Below, in pieces: positions 26,100 to 38,160 of a DNA stretch of 64,000 nt (position 1 is its first letter; each line of letters opens with the position of its first letter). The notes under the pieces were generated by a model, which was given only the letters and a program-made list of their open reading frames with translations, made no database searches and was not told the origin of the DNA. Both the position numbers and the translations under genes were made by a program. Where the stretch lies: NCBI GenBank assembly GCA_965287045.1, contig OZ336878.1:42904001-42968000 (forward strand), in the 5' to 3' direction. This DNA is from Carcharhinus amblyrhynchos. Taxonomy: Eukaryota.

Positions 26100-26600
26100 T
26101 GCTTTTTTATATTGCAAGTGACAGACTGACATTTTACAACAGGCTTACAGAAAACAAGAACTGAGCGCTCTGTCTGCAATGGACATTAACTGTTGAATAG
26201 AGATTCATATGCAAATGAGGCAAGGGGCTGAAGAAACTTTCACTCAAAAGCTGCGTACCGGGTCTGAGCAACAATGTCTGCAAAACGAAAAGGACGACGA
26301 GGTTTTTTTTTAAAAAGTGATATTGGGCATAAGCCAGATTTAAGTAACTCGAAGCTTGCTGGATTCTCAATTAACACGTTCTTTCCAGCAAGGTTTTCCT
26401 CAAAAAACGCTGTTATTTTCCACCAGTCTGCAGCAGCCATGGAGCCAAATGTTAGAAATCTGTCAATTTGTAATGTCATTTCTTACCAAGATTAGAAATG
26501 AGCTATTTTCAGTATTTGGCATCTCAAGCATGGCAATTACTTTATCAAACTGTGGTCTTTTCTGGAACTAACAAGGGACTCTGTCTGTGCGTAACATGAC
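26100..26600. promoter_or_regulatory. Putative conserved non-coding element / enhancer
   Basis: Unique sequence with locally retained CpGs, octamer ATGCAAAT at about 26209, several TGACA/TGTCA (TALE-type) and TAAT motifs. Conservation not tested. Confidence 0.35.
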
Positions 26601-27339
26601 ATCTCTGCCTCTTCACAACAGAATTGTTATCAGCCAGTCTAAATTCAGTCACAAAATAAACCAAACTGCCTCAGAACATCATAGTATGCCGGGGAGAAGG
26701 AATACCTATGTGTGAAAACACAAACAACATGATTTTTACCCATGCAGTTTTGCATCGAAAATTCCGTGTATTATCCGTAAGTTTCTGAAATAGAAAGTGG
26801 ACATCAAATCCAAGAAATCACGCCCTCTCGTGTCAGAGTGTGACATTCTGATAGGAGTCTGACAGGGAAAAGGGCTGGAATTTGGGGTGCAACCCAACTA
26901 TGCCTCACTTCTAACCTATTTACACAGCACAAGAAATTTCAGTTCAGAAAAGTAGAGGTGGGCATATACCCATCACCCCTACATTCCAACAACAATCTGA
27001 GGGTGCATTCTTCCAAGCCACCCTAGGAATCCTGTTATCAACACCCAAGAGACAGAATGGAACTTGCCTCAGCAGGTATAGGTTCTATTTTGGGCCTACT
27101 GAAGGTCACCAAGCTTGTAAATCCAAACAAAACTGAGTATCAATGTTAAATAAATTTAAATGTTGTCCCGCCTCATCCTCAGACCCATTCGACCTCTGGC
27201 TCCCCCCCCCCCATCCCCCCAAAACCCCTCACAGCAGTGGGTTGTCACTGTTAACATCACACTGCTTCCATCAGGCATCCTTGTTGAGTAATTCAATCAT
27301 GGGCACCTTCCCCTATTATTTAAATTATAATGAATTATT

Positions 27340-27715
27340 TTGAAATGTAGTCACTGTTGTTACGTTGACAAAAGTGATAATTAATTTGTACACAGCTTAG
27401 ATCCCATAAATGGCAAGTCAAACGAATAGCCAATTAAGCTGTTTTTGGTGGCGTTGGTTAATGGATGAATGTTGGCCAGACATGGGGGGAACTGTCCTTC
27501 TCTTCCTCAAGCTGCAACATGGATCTTTTGTGCTCATCTGAATAGACATGTTTTAAAATTTCATCCAAGGAGCAGTATTTCTCCCAATGCATTATTTCTC
27601 CTATACTAAGCAGAAGTGTAGGCCTAGAATTGTATGCGCAGATCCTAAGATGCTGCTTGAACCATGTCCTTGTAGCTTGAGCGAAAAAAGTACTGCCAGA
27701 GAGCCAAGCTGGCAC
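27340..27715 (-). mobile_element. SacSINE1-like DeuSINE
   Basis: tttgaaatgtagtcactgttgt...gatcccataaa...gaatgttggccagaca...catggatctttt matches the reverse complement of the Deu-domain SINE body. Confidence 0.65.
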
Positions 27716-28181
27716 TAATAATCAAAAGTACAATTTCCCTGCTCATTTATTTATATCTCAAGTGGAGGTATTAGTTATTAAAGTTTAAAATGTTATCAAT
27801 TATTTTTTATCAACAGAAAACCAAGCCTCAGAATGCAAACCATAATCCTATTTCCTACACAATCTTAACCTGCCCTTATCTATTTTTCAAGCTTAGCAAA
27901 TTATCATAAATGGTATACATAACATAAGCCAGGGAGTTTTAACCTAGGTTTCTATTTGATGTAACCCAGGGCAGCCTCAATTAAATTCCTAATAGATTTG
28001 AGCCTACTGCACAAAATTGACCATAATTTGCACAGACCATCACTCAATTAATAATCAGTCACAAATTCCGAAACAATAATGGAAAAATTTAAATTGGCAC
28101 AATGGAGGGATGCTTTTTAGAAACTAAGGTTAAAGCAAATCATCAGGGTAGAGGGTGCTTTATTTGACAGATTACACTCAC

Positions 28182-28411
28182 CCGACGGATGTTACAAATG
28201 GAAATTCCATTCCCTAGCACTAGCATTCCTCATTTCTATAATGAGCACAAATCAAATAATTGAGAAGCCTATAAAACTGAACCTTGTATTCAATGCTGCA
28301 AGGATTAAAGTATCCATAAGATCATTATCCTCGTGCCCTCTTTGCTCTAGTGCAGCACTTGTTAATTTTAACACACAGCTGCTCCAGAAGATCAGAACAA
28401 AATAAGTTATA
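28182..28411 (-). other. Candidate non-coding exon (230 nt)
   Basis: Very strong acceptor tgtttttattttccttctctctgtgtag|TATAAC and donor TCGG|gtgagt. Confidence 0.35.
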
Positions 28412-28889
28412 CTACACAGAGAGAAGGAAAATAAAAACATCAATAGTCAAAAAAAGTTCCACTGAAATGATTTCTTAAAAATGTTATCGGTTGTCATTCA
28501 TGGACAATGATAACAACAGGGCATTGTTAGGTATCTATATGGCCTAAGCAACAGCGATACTTTGAGCTGTCATCAATCAGAATCACCCATTTTTGGGAGC
28601 AATATTGTTTTTTGTAGTAACAACATATTTATTATTCCTGTCCCATCCTTACAATGTGGTGTATTTTTCATGGGGCCATCTTACATCCTTAATCTAGTAC
28701 CCAATGTACCAGTGAATCTCCTTGCACTGTAACGTAGTATATAATTGAACAAGTTAATCGAGCCATAGAAGTGATTGAAGTAACCACGTGCCCCCCCAAA
28801 ATAAAAGAGTTTTAAAGTCATTTCCTGTGAAAGGCCAAAATCGGTTAAGAATAACAATAATTCCTCCTAATTATGGAGGTTAGAGTTCA

Positions 28890-28990
28890 GAACAAAAACA
28901 GAAAATGGTGCAAATGTTCAGCAGGTCAGGCAGCACCTGTGGAGAAAGAAAGGTAGGATTAACATTTCAGGTGTATGGCCCTTTGTCTGA
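28890..28990 (-). mobile_element. Penelope-derived pseudo-LTR fragment
   Basis: aacaaaaacagaaaatggtgcaaatgttcagcaggtcaggcagcacctgtggaga, same family as 25087 and 55992. Confidence 0.6.
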
Positions 28991-29735
28991 AAGGCCAGGT
29001 GCTTCAGGTTTCTAACATCTGCATTATGTTCCTTTAAGGTTACGGATAGATCACAGTATTGGAATGAATCACAGCAAAATTTAAAAATCACTGAAGACAC
29101 CAAGGTTATTACAAAATTGGAAGAGTTGCATTTTTTGAACGAACAGCTTAAATTTCCACTTTTGCAGAACAGTTTCACAGTAAAACGGTTACAAAGCACA
29201 AGGACAGAGCTTATTCACTCTTTGACTGTAAAGTTGCAAGAATGCTTGAAAATGCACAACTAAGATGAGTTGATTCAATCTAACTAACAAACAAGCTACT
29301 TGTTTTTTTAATAGAACATTGACAAATTGAGGAAACTGGCTGGTAATCTAAGTTAACACATTTTGGCCTGTGTACAATTTAATTGGTAAACTTTTACAGC
29401 TTCAGAAAAGCAACAGGTGTCAGGATGCTTCAGGACAAGTCAAGCTTTCAAAGATTTGCCATCTAAATATTACCTGATATAACATATGAGTATGTGAAAT
29501 GAGCTTTGGGATTTCTCTGTTGCTTAATGACTACTTAAGTCTTCTTGACAAGGAATTGTAAATTGAGACAAAGGGAAAAGACATTCTAAAGACTAGGATT
29601 TAAGAAGAGATTTTTAATTTGGTTTTTATAGCTGGACAGTTTTAGACTCTATTCTTTCCAGTGAATTATGCTTAAATATTGTTTATTAGTGTTTCTCAGT
29701 TACTTTCGAAGGCAATTGCTTCAATCAAACCAACT

Positions 29736-29850
29736 GGCCGGTATTTTACCACTTCGCTCGGATGAGGCTCGTAAAATCCCACCCGAGGCTAACGGAGAAT
29801 TCCGTTCTGTGAGCCGCGTGCAGGGCGGGCATGGCGGTAAAATTCCAGCC
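29736..29850. mobile_element. Short Harbinger-like MITE (115 bp)
   Basis: TIRs GGCCGGTATTTTACC and GGTAAAATTCCAGCC. Flanks ACT and ATT. CpG-rich. Confidence 0.75.
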
Positions 29851-30075
29851 ATTATTTCAAAAGGTCAATAAAGTAAAACTCCAGACATCACTGCCATTAT
29901 CCTATCTCTATACCTTTGAGCAAGGATTGTATCTTAAACCTCAGATGTTCCTTTTTATCCTTTGGACGAGATTCAACTTTTAAACTATCTTGCATTTCTA
30001 CTGCCTATCACTAAATAGTGAAGGAAACCTAAAAATTATAATATTTAAATGTTATCATTCAAATGCTTAACATAC

Positions 30076-30143
30076 CTGCATCAAATCTTTCCTTTGCTGT
30101 TTTAATGGAGGTGTTTACCAATTTGCTTTGGATGAGTTAATGC
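30076..30143 (-). other. Candidate non-coding exon (68 nt)
   Basis: tttttcctattctattttaatag|GCATTA...ATGCAG|gtatgt. Stops in all three phases. Confidence 0.35.
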
Positions 30144-31239
30144 CTATTAAAATAGAATAGGAAAAATGGATACCGCTGCATTAAGCATTTATACAATAAT
30201 GCCATTCAGTAATTTCCAGACTAATAACATAACGCTTTATTTAATGCTGTTTTTAAACTGTGACTACTCTAGTTTGACTCTGCTATAATTTTACTAGCAA
30301 TATGAGTTGGCAACAATGAGTAATACTGGCTGTTCTGCACTTTTCTGTAGTCAAGACTGCTTCCCTGCCATTCTGGACAGGAATAGCACAAGGAACTTTT
30401 ACACCATGGTCCTACAAGCATTTAACTAGCATTTTTGTATTGGTGATTATGAAATTCCAGGGCTCCTATTTTCATTTTGGTAACGCATTTTAATTGCATA
30501 GCTCTGCTTGATGGCGCTAGCAAGGGAGAGAGTCAAACCATTTTCATGGTAAGGCCTCAATCGAACCTTAAAGCAAGCTGCCAGCGCTAAACGAGCTCCA
30601 TCAACTTGTTGATTGGGATGAAGGAAATGGGTAACTCATGAACAGTAACAAGCAGGAAGTAGGCCCTCATTCAGGCACTGGGGAGGGTGCTAGGGCAAGA
30701 GAGCTATTAATTCCTGCAGGACACAGAGGAATCAATAGGAAAATTCCATGCTGTTCTTGTCCCCTAAAAAAATGAATGACACAGCTTTTTGGGAAGCTTT
30801 CCTAAGCATCCCACTATGATCTCTTTATGACTGCTGACTCAGCTTAAACAGTCAGTTCTACTGGAACATTCAAACTGCACCGTGATCCCACAGATGATGT
30901 AGAAATTGATTTGAATATGTAAGTAGGTTCCTGCCTGTTTTGGGCAGAAGCTTTGCTCATCTGTTTCCTGACTCAGTCAAAAAAAAATCACAACAAGCCA
31001 CATGTCAGTGAGAATGGAGTGGTCAGTGTAAGTAAAATTTAGCTTGCAGAAATCACCAAGCACCCTTCTCACATGGTAGTGAAGCAGAAGCTATCTGTTG
31101 GAGAGCCAACTGACCTAGAGATGGTTTTTTTTTACAGAAAAAAATCTTTGTTAAGGACATCTCCGATTTAGTATGTTTATACTGGACGATCCTTACAATT
31201 AAAAATACTTCTACATCTTGGCTCAAAAGGAAGTTCTCA

Positions 31240-31435
31240 GGGATTGGTTAGCTCAGTTCGCTGATTCATGATTCACAGTGACGCCAAAAACTACCAGTTG
31301 AGGTTATACATGGAGCCCCCACCTTCTCAACTTTGCCCCTTACCTGAGGTGTGGTGACCTTCAGGTTAAATCACCACCAGTCAGCTCGCTCTCAAATAGA
31401 GGGACAGCAGCCTATGGAAATTTGGCTACTTTTGG
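31240..31435 (+). mobile_element. tRNA-derived SINE, internally deleted
   Basis: A-box-like tagctcagttcg head followed by ccttctcaactttgcccct...gtggtgaccttcaggttaaatcaccaccagtc body, typical of a shark SINE family. Confidence 0.55.
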
Positions 31436-31710
31436 TAAGGTCTCAGAATAAAAATGTGAATAAGTTAGATACTTGGAGGTGCTCAAACATCATTCCAATG
31501 AGAAGCCTGAGGCCATCAAACTGCCCTAACAAGGCAAAAAAGTGAGCTTGAAGATCTTGAAAATATTCTTCAGGTATTCACTAACTGTCATGCTTCCTAG
31601 TTTCAGGTATGTTTCCACACATCCCTGCTGAGGGGCATTTAATTATACAAGCCCTGCCTCAAATGTCAGTAATGGGAGTGATTTATTTAACTGAATAACT
31701 TCTTTACTGC

Positions 31711-32442
31711 TGTAATGATGCCATGCTATATTTCATGTTTTTGTCGAATGTTTTAAGATTATGTATTTTTTTATGAGCAGTCGGTATGTCTGGTAAACAT
31801 GCAGCTCAGATACTGGATAACAGGATAGTTACCCATTTTAGCGTTTATTTAAGAGAATAGCCTGTTATAACAAATTGAGATTTCCCAGGTTTTTTTTATT
31901 TAAGGAACGCAAACTTTTGTTTTGGCATATAGGATCATGTGATTTGATTAATGGGAAGAGCTAGGTTTCTAGCAGAGAAACAGCTTGCTGCTTCAATTTA
32001 GAGTTCAGATGATGACTGGAGCTTTTTAAAAACAGAAGTCTGCTCTCTCTCTTTCTGTCAAGTCTCTCTGACAGAGTCAAGACTTTCTACCTTCATTTAT
32101 AGCACGTATGACTCAGTTTACTAATTATATTCAAAGAGAGTTCTAAGTCAATGGGAAGACTGTTGCTTATTTGGAACTGAGATAGTGATAAGTTAGAAAT
32201 TAAAGTTATTTCTTATTATGTTTCAAGACTGTTCAACTGTTCAAAGTTACTCTGCTTCATTGTTAATTATATTTAAACTGTACATGAATAAAACTTGTTT
32301 TGATAAAAGATCTCAAATTTGTCAGTGGAATTACTCTGAAGACAAAGCATCATTCTTTCAAATTTATGCCAAAATAGTAAGGTTAGTGTAGTCTAGTCTA
32401 GCTTCATTATATACCTTGGGGTTCAGGTCTGGGATCCTAATA
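31711..32442 (+). mobile_element. Solo LTR (Gypsy-like)
   Basis: Begins TGTAA, ends cctaaTA (degenerate TAACA). CTGC is duplicated at 31707-31710 and 32443-32446. AATAAA at about 32287. Confidence 0.6.
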
Positions 32443-32864
32443 CTGCAAATGCTTGCTTACAAGTGATGGGTTCAAAGGAACATGCAAACATCAGTACTTC
32501 TGTGATCGCCTATTAACTGCAATGGAAATCCGTTTCAGATTTTACAAACCACTTTACCCATAATTTGAGATTACATGCTGAAGTAAGGAGCTATTTACCC
32601 AATCCATCATTTCAGGAGGCAATTATGCAGTTTGGACACTTAAAAATAGACAATCTGGGGAAACAAAAATTATGGAATGCAAGATTGGTTTAAAACTACT
32701 GAAAACAACGGGTGAAAAACATGACTCTGTAGTGTTCATTTTCTAGTCAAGTGCTTAGCTGTCTAAAAACGTATCTACAGCATGCATATACTTTCAACTA
32801 AGAAAATAGGCAATTCACACCCAAACGTCTGGAATGCCGCCTAATAACCAACAGAAGATACAAT

Positions 32865-33037
32865 GGGTTGGATCTGGACTTTGTGTGACTGTTTCAAATT
32901 TGTAACATCAAATTGGCATCTCTGTAGATCTTTATTTCCATTGACTTCAATGGAAATAAAAATTTGAAAAGATGGCAAGCAGGTTGCTAACATCCTATCA
33001 CCCATTTTCTGCTATTACAGCAGAATCAAGATCTCCC
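32865..33037. mobile_element. Old palindromic MITE
   Basis: Central palindrome tttatttccattga-ct-tcaatggaaataaa. Ends gggttggatct and agatctccc. Confidence 0.55.
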
Positions 33038-34400
33038 TGTATGTGCATGAGCCACACTGTTTTTTGCCCTCTCCTTTCCGTATCCTGAGAACTCTAGCTG
33101 AGATCAAGAGCTCACAGCTTGAGGAGGTCACCAGCATTAATCAGCATATCAACACTGTGGTACAGCAAGTTATCACCTGAGCCACTGAGCAGTCAAAATG
33201 TCTATATAATTCTAATACTAACACCCACATTGCACTAATTGAGCCAGATTCAACAGATTCGTTGTTTGGAAAATTAAAGGAAAATCATTATTTTTTTGGG
33301 GAATGTTCTATCGACCCCGTGGCAATTTGTGCATTTCATATCAACATGCCCTAGAATTGACAAGGATGCATTACATTGACGGGTAAAAGGAAGTCTGTTC
33401 ACCCACAGCAACATTAAAAGTAATTCTTTCTGTGTTCTTTTCTCCAAAATTTATGATAATGAAGATATTTTGTGAGAGTCCATGCAGCATTAAAAAGTCA
33501 TCTTTTTTGTTCTAAGTCGTCCCACTGAGACTCTGTTGCAGCACACAAAGGAATAGGATACATAATCATTTCCAATGTCATGTGTAAGGGAGCTCTAAAG
33601 ACAAATCAATGGCACAGCAGAGCTTAATTTGTGGAATGTGCAGTTCATGGATTTGTGCTGGTGACTACCTGAATTTATCAAATATAATTCACAGTGTTAA
33701 TGACATGGGCAATGTGATTTTAAGCGGGGATGATATTGTTTCAAAATTCTGTAACGACAATACAAGGCACAAATAACTTCAAACACGTTCTCATCTTAGT
33801 CACTGCTCTGGAGAGATGTTGAGCAGAGATAATATACTCTCCTAAGGACATTATACCTGCATTTAGTACATATTTTCCAGGTTACATTCATGGTAAAATC
33901 ATCCCAGGTTTTCTCACAAAGTTAGATTATTTCATACATTGACTTACCTCAGAAATGTTTGCTTCTGGATGTTTGTGTTGCAATTTGCAGAAAATCAGGG
34001 TATCCAGTAAAGGTAACCAGCTTGAATGCGTAAGTTCTGTGTTTCTCAAACCAGACTCCACACTGCAGATTTAAACCTCCTCAAAATGTCTGACGCAAAA
34101 ACAGCAATTAAACACAGGCCTGCTTTTTCATTTCTCATTTGTGTATTGGAAACATTTATGATCTGGTAGTATAGTAACGCTGAGCCTTGAAAATAATATA
34201 TGATCAATCCAATGAAAAATTTTCCCACAGAATACACCATGAAACCAGGCTGCTAATCCAACTCATTCTTTTGAAAGATCATGGTCTGGAAATTTGTTTG
34301 AGTGCCTAAATATCCAATATAGTCGGTAATGAGTGATTACTCATTCCACCCTGAAGTTGCCTTAACCACTGTAATGGACTGGGCCCTTCTGTGAGTATTC

Positions 34401-34490
34401 AGGATAGTTAGTGAGATTTTGCAAGCCCATGCAAGTCGTAGGGGTTACAGATAGTGTGACATGAATCCAAGATCCCAGGTTCTCACTAAC
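34401..34490 (-). mobile_element. Penelope micro-fragment
   Basis: About 78 bp nearly identical to 34950-35025, followed by a 10-bp inverted piece tctcactaac. Confidence 0.75.
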
Positions 34491-34689
34491 ATTGGACATA
34501 GTGAAATGTTCTTATAAGGTTCACAGAAGAGTCCTAAGAATGTTAGATTTTGGCATGAAGGAAGAGCAGAGATGAGTGGCTGATGAAATCAGCCTCAGTT
34601 TGATGTGCAAAGTGTAATGCGAGAAAGTAATAAGAAGACAAGGAGCAAAATAAGGTGTGAAGAAACCTTGTATGACATCTTCTGCTTTG

Positions 34690-35609
34690 TAAGAAGTCTC
34701 ACAACACCAGGTTAAAGTCCAACAGGTTTATTCGGCAGCAGTAGTTGTCGGAACCTCAAGCTCCTTCATCAGGTGAGTGAGACTTGTGTTCACAAACAGG
34801 GCATATAAAGACACAAACTCAATTTATAAGGTAAGATAATTTACAAGGAATGCGAGTCTTTACAGTTAATCAAGTCTTAAAGGTACAGACAATGTGAGTG
34901 GAGAGAAGGTTAAGCACAGGTTAAAGAGGTGTGCATTGTCTCCAGCCAGGGCAGTTAGTGAGATTTTGCAAGCCCAGGCAAGTTATGGAGGTTACAGACA
35001 GTGTGACATGAACCCAAGATCCCAGTTGAGGCCTTCCTCATGTGTGCGGAACTTGCCTATTAGTTTCTGCTCAGTGATTCTGCACTGTTGTGTGTCATAA
35101 AGGCCTCCTTGGAGAACGCTTACCAAATTCCCATGACTGCTGAAGTGTTCCCCGACTAGAAGGGAATTCCTGCCTGGTGATTGTAGAGAAGCGTTCATTC
35201 ATTCGTTGTTGTAGCGTCTGCATGGTCTCCCCTTGTACCATGCCTGGGGACATCCTTTCCTGCAGCTTATCAGGCAGACAATGTTGGCTGAGTCGCAAGA
35301 ATATGTACCTTGCACCTGGTGAGTGGTGTTCTCACGTGAGATGATGGCATCCGTGTCGATGATTAGGCATGTCTTGCAGAGGTTGCTGTGGCAGGGTTGT
35401 GTGATGTTGTGGTCACGGTTCTCCTGAAGGCTGGGTAGTTTGGTGCGTTCGATGGTCTGTTTGAAGTTGTGTGCTTGTTTGAAGGCAAGAAGTGGGAGTG
35501 TGGGGATGGCCTTGGTGAGATGTTCGTCTTCAACGATGACATGTTGAAGGCTCTAGAGAAGGTATTGTAGCTTCTCCGCTCTGGGGAAGTACTGGACAAC
35601 AAAGGGTAC
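34690..35609 (-). mobile_element. Penelope-like element, 5'-truncated, left (inverted) arm
   Basis: Reverse complement of the 35610-36392 arm plus about 145 bp of extra coding sequence (VPFVVQYFP.AEKL). Includes EQKLIGKFRTHEEGLN. Confidence 0.9.
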
Positions 35610-36392
35610 CTCAAACTGACCACTGTCCGTAGCAAACTACCCAGCCTTCCGGAGAACAGTGACCACGACATCACACAACCCTGCCACGGCAACCTCTGCA
35701 AGATACCGTCATCTTACATGAGAACATTAACCACCAGGTACACAGTACATACTCCTGCGACTTGGCTAACATTTTCTACCTGATATACTGCAGGAAAGGA
35801 TGTCTTGAGGCATGGTACATTGGGGAGACCGTGCAGATGCTACGACAACAAATGAATGAACACTGCTCGAGAATCACCAGTCGGGGAACACTTAAGCAGT
35901 CATGGGCATTTGGCCTCTGATCTTCCGGTAAGCGTTCTCCAAGATGGCCTTCACCACACACGACAACACAGAATCGCTGAGCAGAAACTGATAGCCAAGT
36001 TCTGCACACATGAGGACGGCCTCAACCGGGATCTTGGGTGCATGTCACACTATCTGTAACCCCTACGACTTGCCTGGGCTTGCAAAATCTCGCTAACTAT
36101 TCTGGCTGGAGACAATACACATCTTTTTAACCTGTGCTTGGCCCTCTCTCCACTCACATTGTCTATACCTTTAAGACTTGATTACCTGTAAAGATTTGCA
36201 TTCCAACCATTATTTTGTAAATTGAGTTTGTGTCTTTATATGCCCTGTTTGTGAATACAAATCCTCACTCCCCTGATGAAGGAGCTTGAAGCTCCGAAGG
36301 CTAGTGCTGCCAAATAAACCTACTGGACTTCAACCTGGTGTTGTGAGACTTTTTACTGTGCTCACCCCAGTCCAACGCCAGCATCTCTGCAT
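35610..36392 (+). mobile_element. Penelope-like element, 5'-truncated, right arm with decayed GIY-YIG endonuclease and pLTR
   Basis: Reads FYLIYCRKGCLEAWYIGETVQMLRQQMNEH (GIY-YIG) and AEQKLIAKFCTHEDGLNRD. TSD catcttctgctttg at 34676-34689 and 36393-36406. Confidence 0.9.
36271..36305 (+). ncRNA. Degenerate minimal hammerhead ribozyme motif in the Penelope pLTR
   Basis: CTGATGA-A-GGAGC-ttgaa-GCTCC-GAAG. The core has GAAG instead of GAAA. An inverted copy is at 34741-34773. Confidence 0.6.
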
Positions 36393-36981
36393 CATCTTCT
36401 GCTTTGCCATTTAGTAGAACTATGATCCCTTTCCCATCCACAACAACCATCTCCCTATAGAGAGGATTCTGTGTGATCTTGTTCTGCAAGAAAGGTGTGT
36501 TTAGCTGATAGAATCATAAACTGTTTGGAAAATTTGACATGTTCAAACACTTTGTGTGTTATGTGAAAATTGTGTGGAAGTGAGAATGGAATAGTAGTAA
36601 GTCTATAACAATTAGAAACAGAAGGGGATGTAGTCAAGTGTTTCAGTGATTATAGGACAGTAAACTGAAGTGAGAAGTATTGGAAGTAGTGAAGCGACAG
36701 GTGGAGCAGATGTGAGAAAAGAGAAGTAGAGATGAGAGGCAGGATTTTTACCAAGAGGTCAGTGAATTTTTTCTGGAATTGCAGTCAACTCTTGGGAGCT
36801 AATTGCATGGCACTGACTTCCTCAGTAATCTCCACCCATTGTCAACAGACATATGACTTAGAGAGGTTTCTCACCCATTAGGGACAGGACAGGATCTCCC
36901 TCATCTTGTTCATTGCCTAGGCCAGCATCTGATTTCTGATTTTCAAATGTGACTGAATTTTTAAGCTCATAAATTGTTATA

Positions 36982-38160
36982 GTGTCATAGAGGTTTACAG
37001 CAAGGAAACAGGCCCTTTGGCCCAACTTGTCCATGCTCTTTTTTTTTAAAACCCCTAATCCCAATTTCCCGCTTTTGGCCCATATCTCTCTACACTCATC
37101 GTACCCATGTAACTATCAAAATGCTTTTTAACAGACAAAATTGTACCTGCCTCTACAACTACCTCTGGCAGCTTGTTCCAAACACACCACCCTCTGACAA
37201 AATTGCCCCTTGGACATTTTTATATCTCTCCCCTCTCACCTTAAACCTATGCCCACTAGTTTAAGACTCCCATACCTTTGGGAAAAGATATTGACTATCT
37301 ACCTTGTCTATGCCCCTCATTATTTTATAGACCTCTATAAGATCACCCTTCAGCCTTCTACGCTCCAGAGAAAAAAGTCCCAGTCTATTCAGCCTCTCCT
37401 TGTAACTCAATCCATCAAATCCCAGTAGCATCCTAGTAAATCTTTTCTTCATTCTTTCCAATTTAATAATATCCTTTCTATAATAGGGTGACCAGAATTG
37501 TACACAGTATTCCAAGTGTGGCCTTACCAATGTCTTGTACAACTGCACCAAGATGTCCCAACTTTTATATTCAATGTTCTGACCAATGAAACCAAGTATG
37601 TTGAATGCCTTCTTCACCACTCTGTCCACCTGTGATTCCACTTTCAGGGAGCTATGAACATGTACCCCTTGATCTCTTTGTTCTGTAACTCTCCCCAACA
37701 TCCTATCATTAACTGAGTAAGACCTGCCCTGGTTCAGTCTACCAAAATGCATCACCTTGCATTTGTCTAAATTAAACTTCATCTGCCATTCGTCAGCCCA
37801 TTGGCCCAATTGATCAAGATCCCGTTGCAATCCTAGATAACTCTCTTCACTGTCCACTATGCCACCAATCTTGGTGTCATCTGCAAACTTACTAACGATG
37901 CCCCCTATATTCTCATCCAAATCATTAATATAAATGACAAATAATGTTTGAGGCACATCGCCAGTCACAGGCCTCCAGTTTGAAAAACAACTCTCTACCC
38001 TCTCTGGCTTCTGTCAAGAAACCAATTTTGTATCCATTTAATACCTCACCATGGATCCCATAAGATTTAACTTTATGCAACAACCTACCATGCAATACCT
38101 TGTCAAAGGCCTTGCTAAAGTCCATGTAGACAACATCAACTGCACTGCCCTCATCTACCT
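36982..38160 (-). mobile_element. CR1/HER1 LINE, 5'-truncated, RT domain and 3' UTR
   Basis: ORF 37925-38125 MDFSKAFDKV. ORF 37261-37968 LFVIYINDLD...SKFADDTK...YKTLVRPHLEYCVQFWSP. Frameshifts. Confidence 0.95.

Noticed and set aside
26134-26571. Four overlapping ORFs as a coding exon
   Set aside because: No recognisable protein and no convincing splice pair. Better explained as non-coding regulatory sequence.
33948-34062. Consensus donor GAG|gtaagt on the minus strand
   Set aside because: No convincing matching acceptor found.
37261-37968. 235-aa RT ORF as an active gene
   Set aside because: 5'-truncated, frameshifted CR1 ORF2 with no endonuclease domain.
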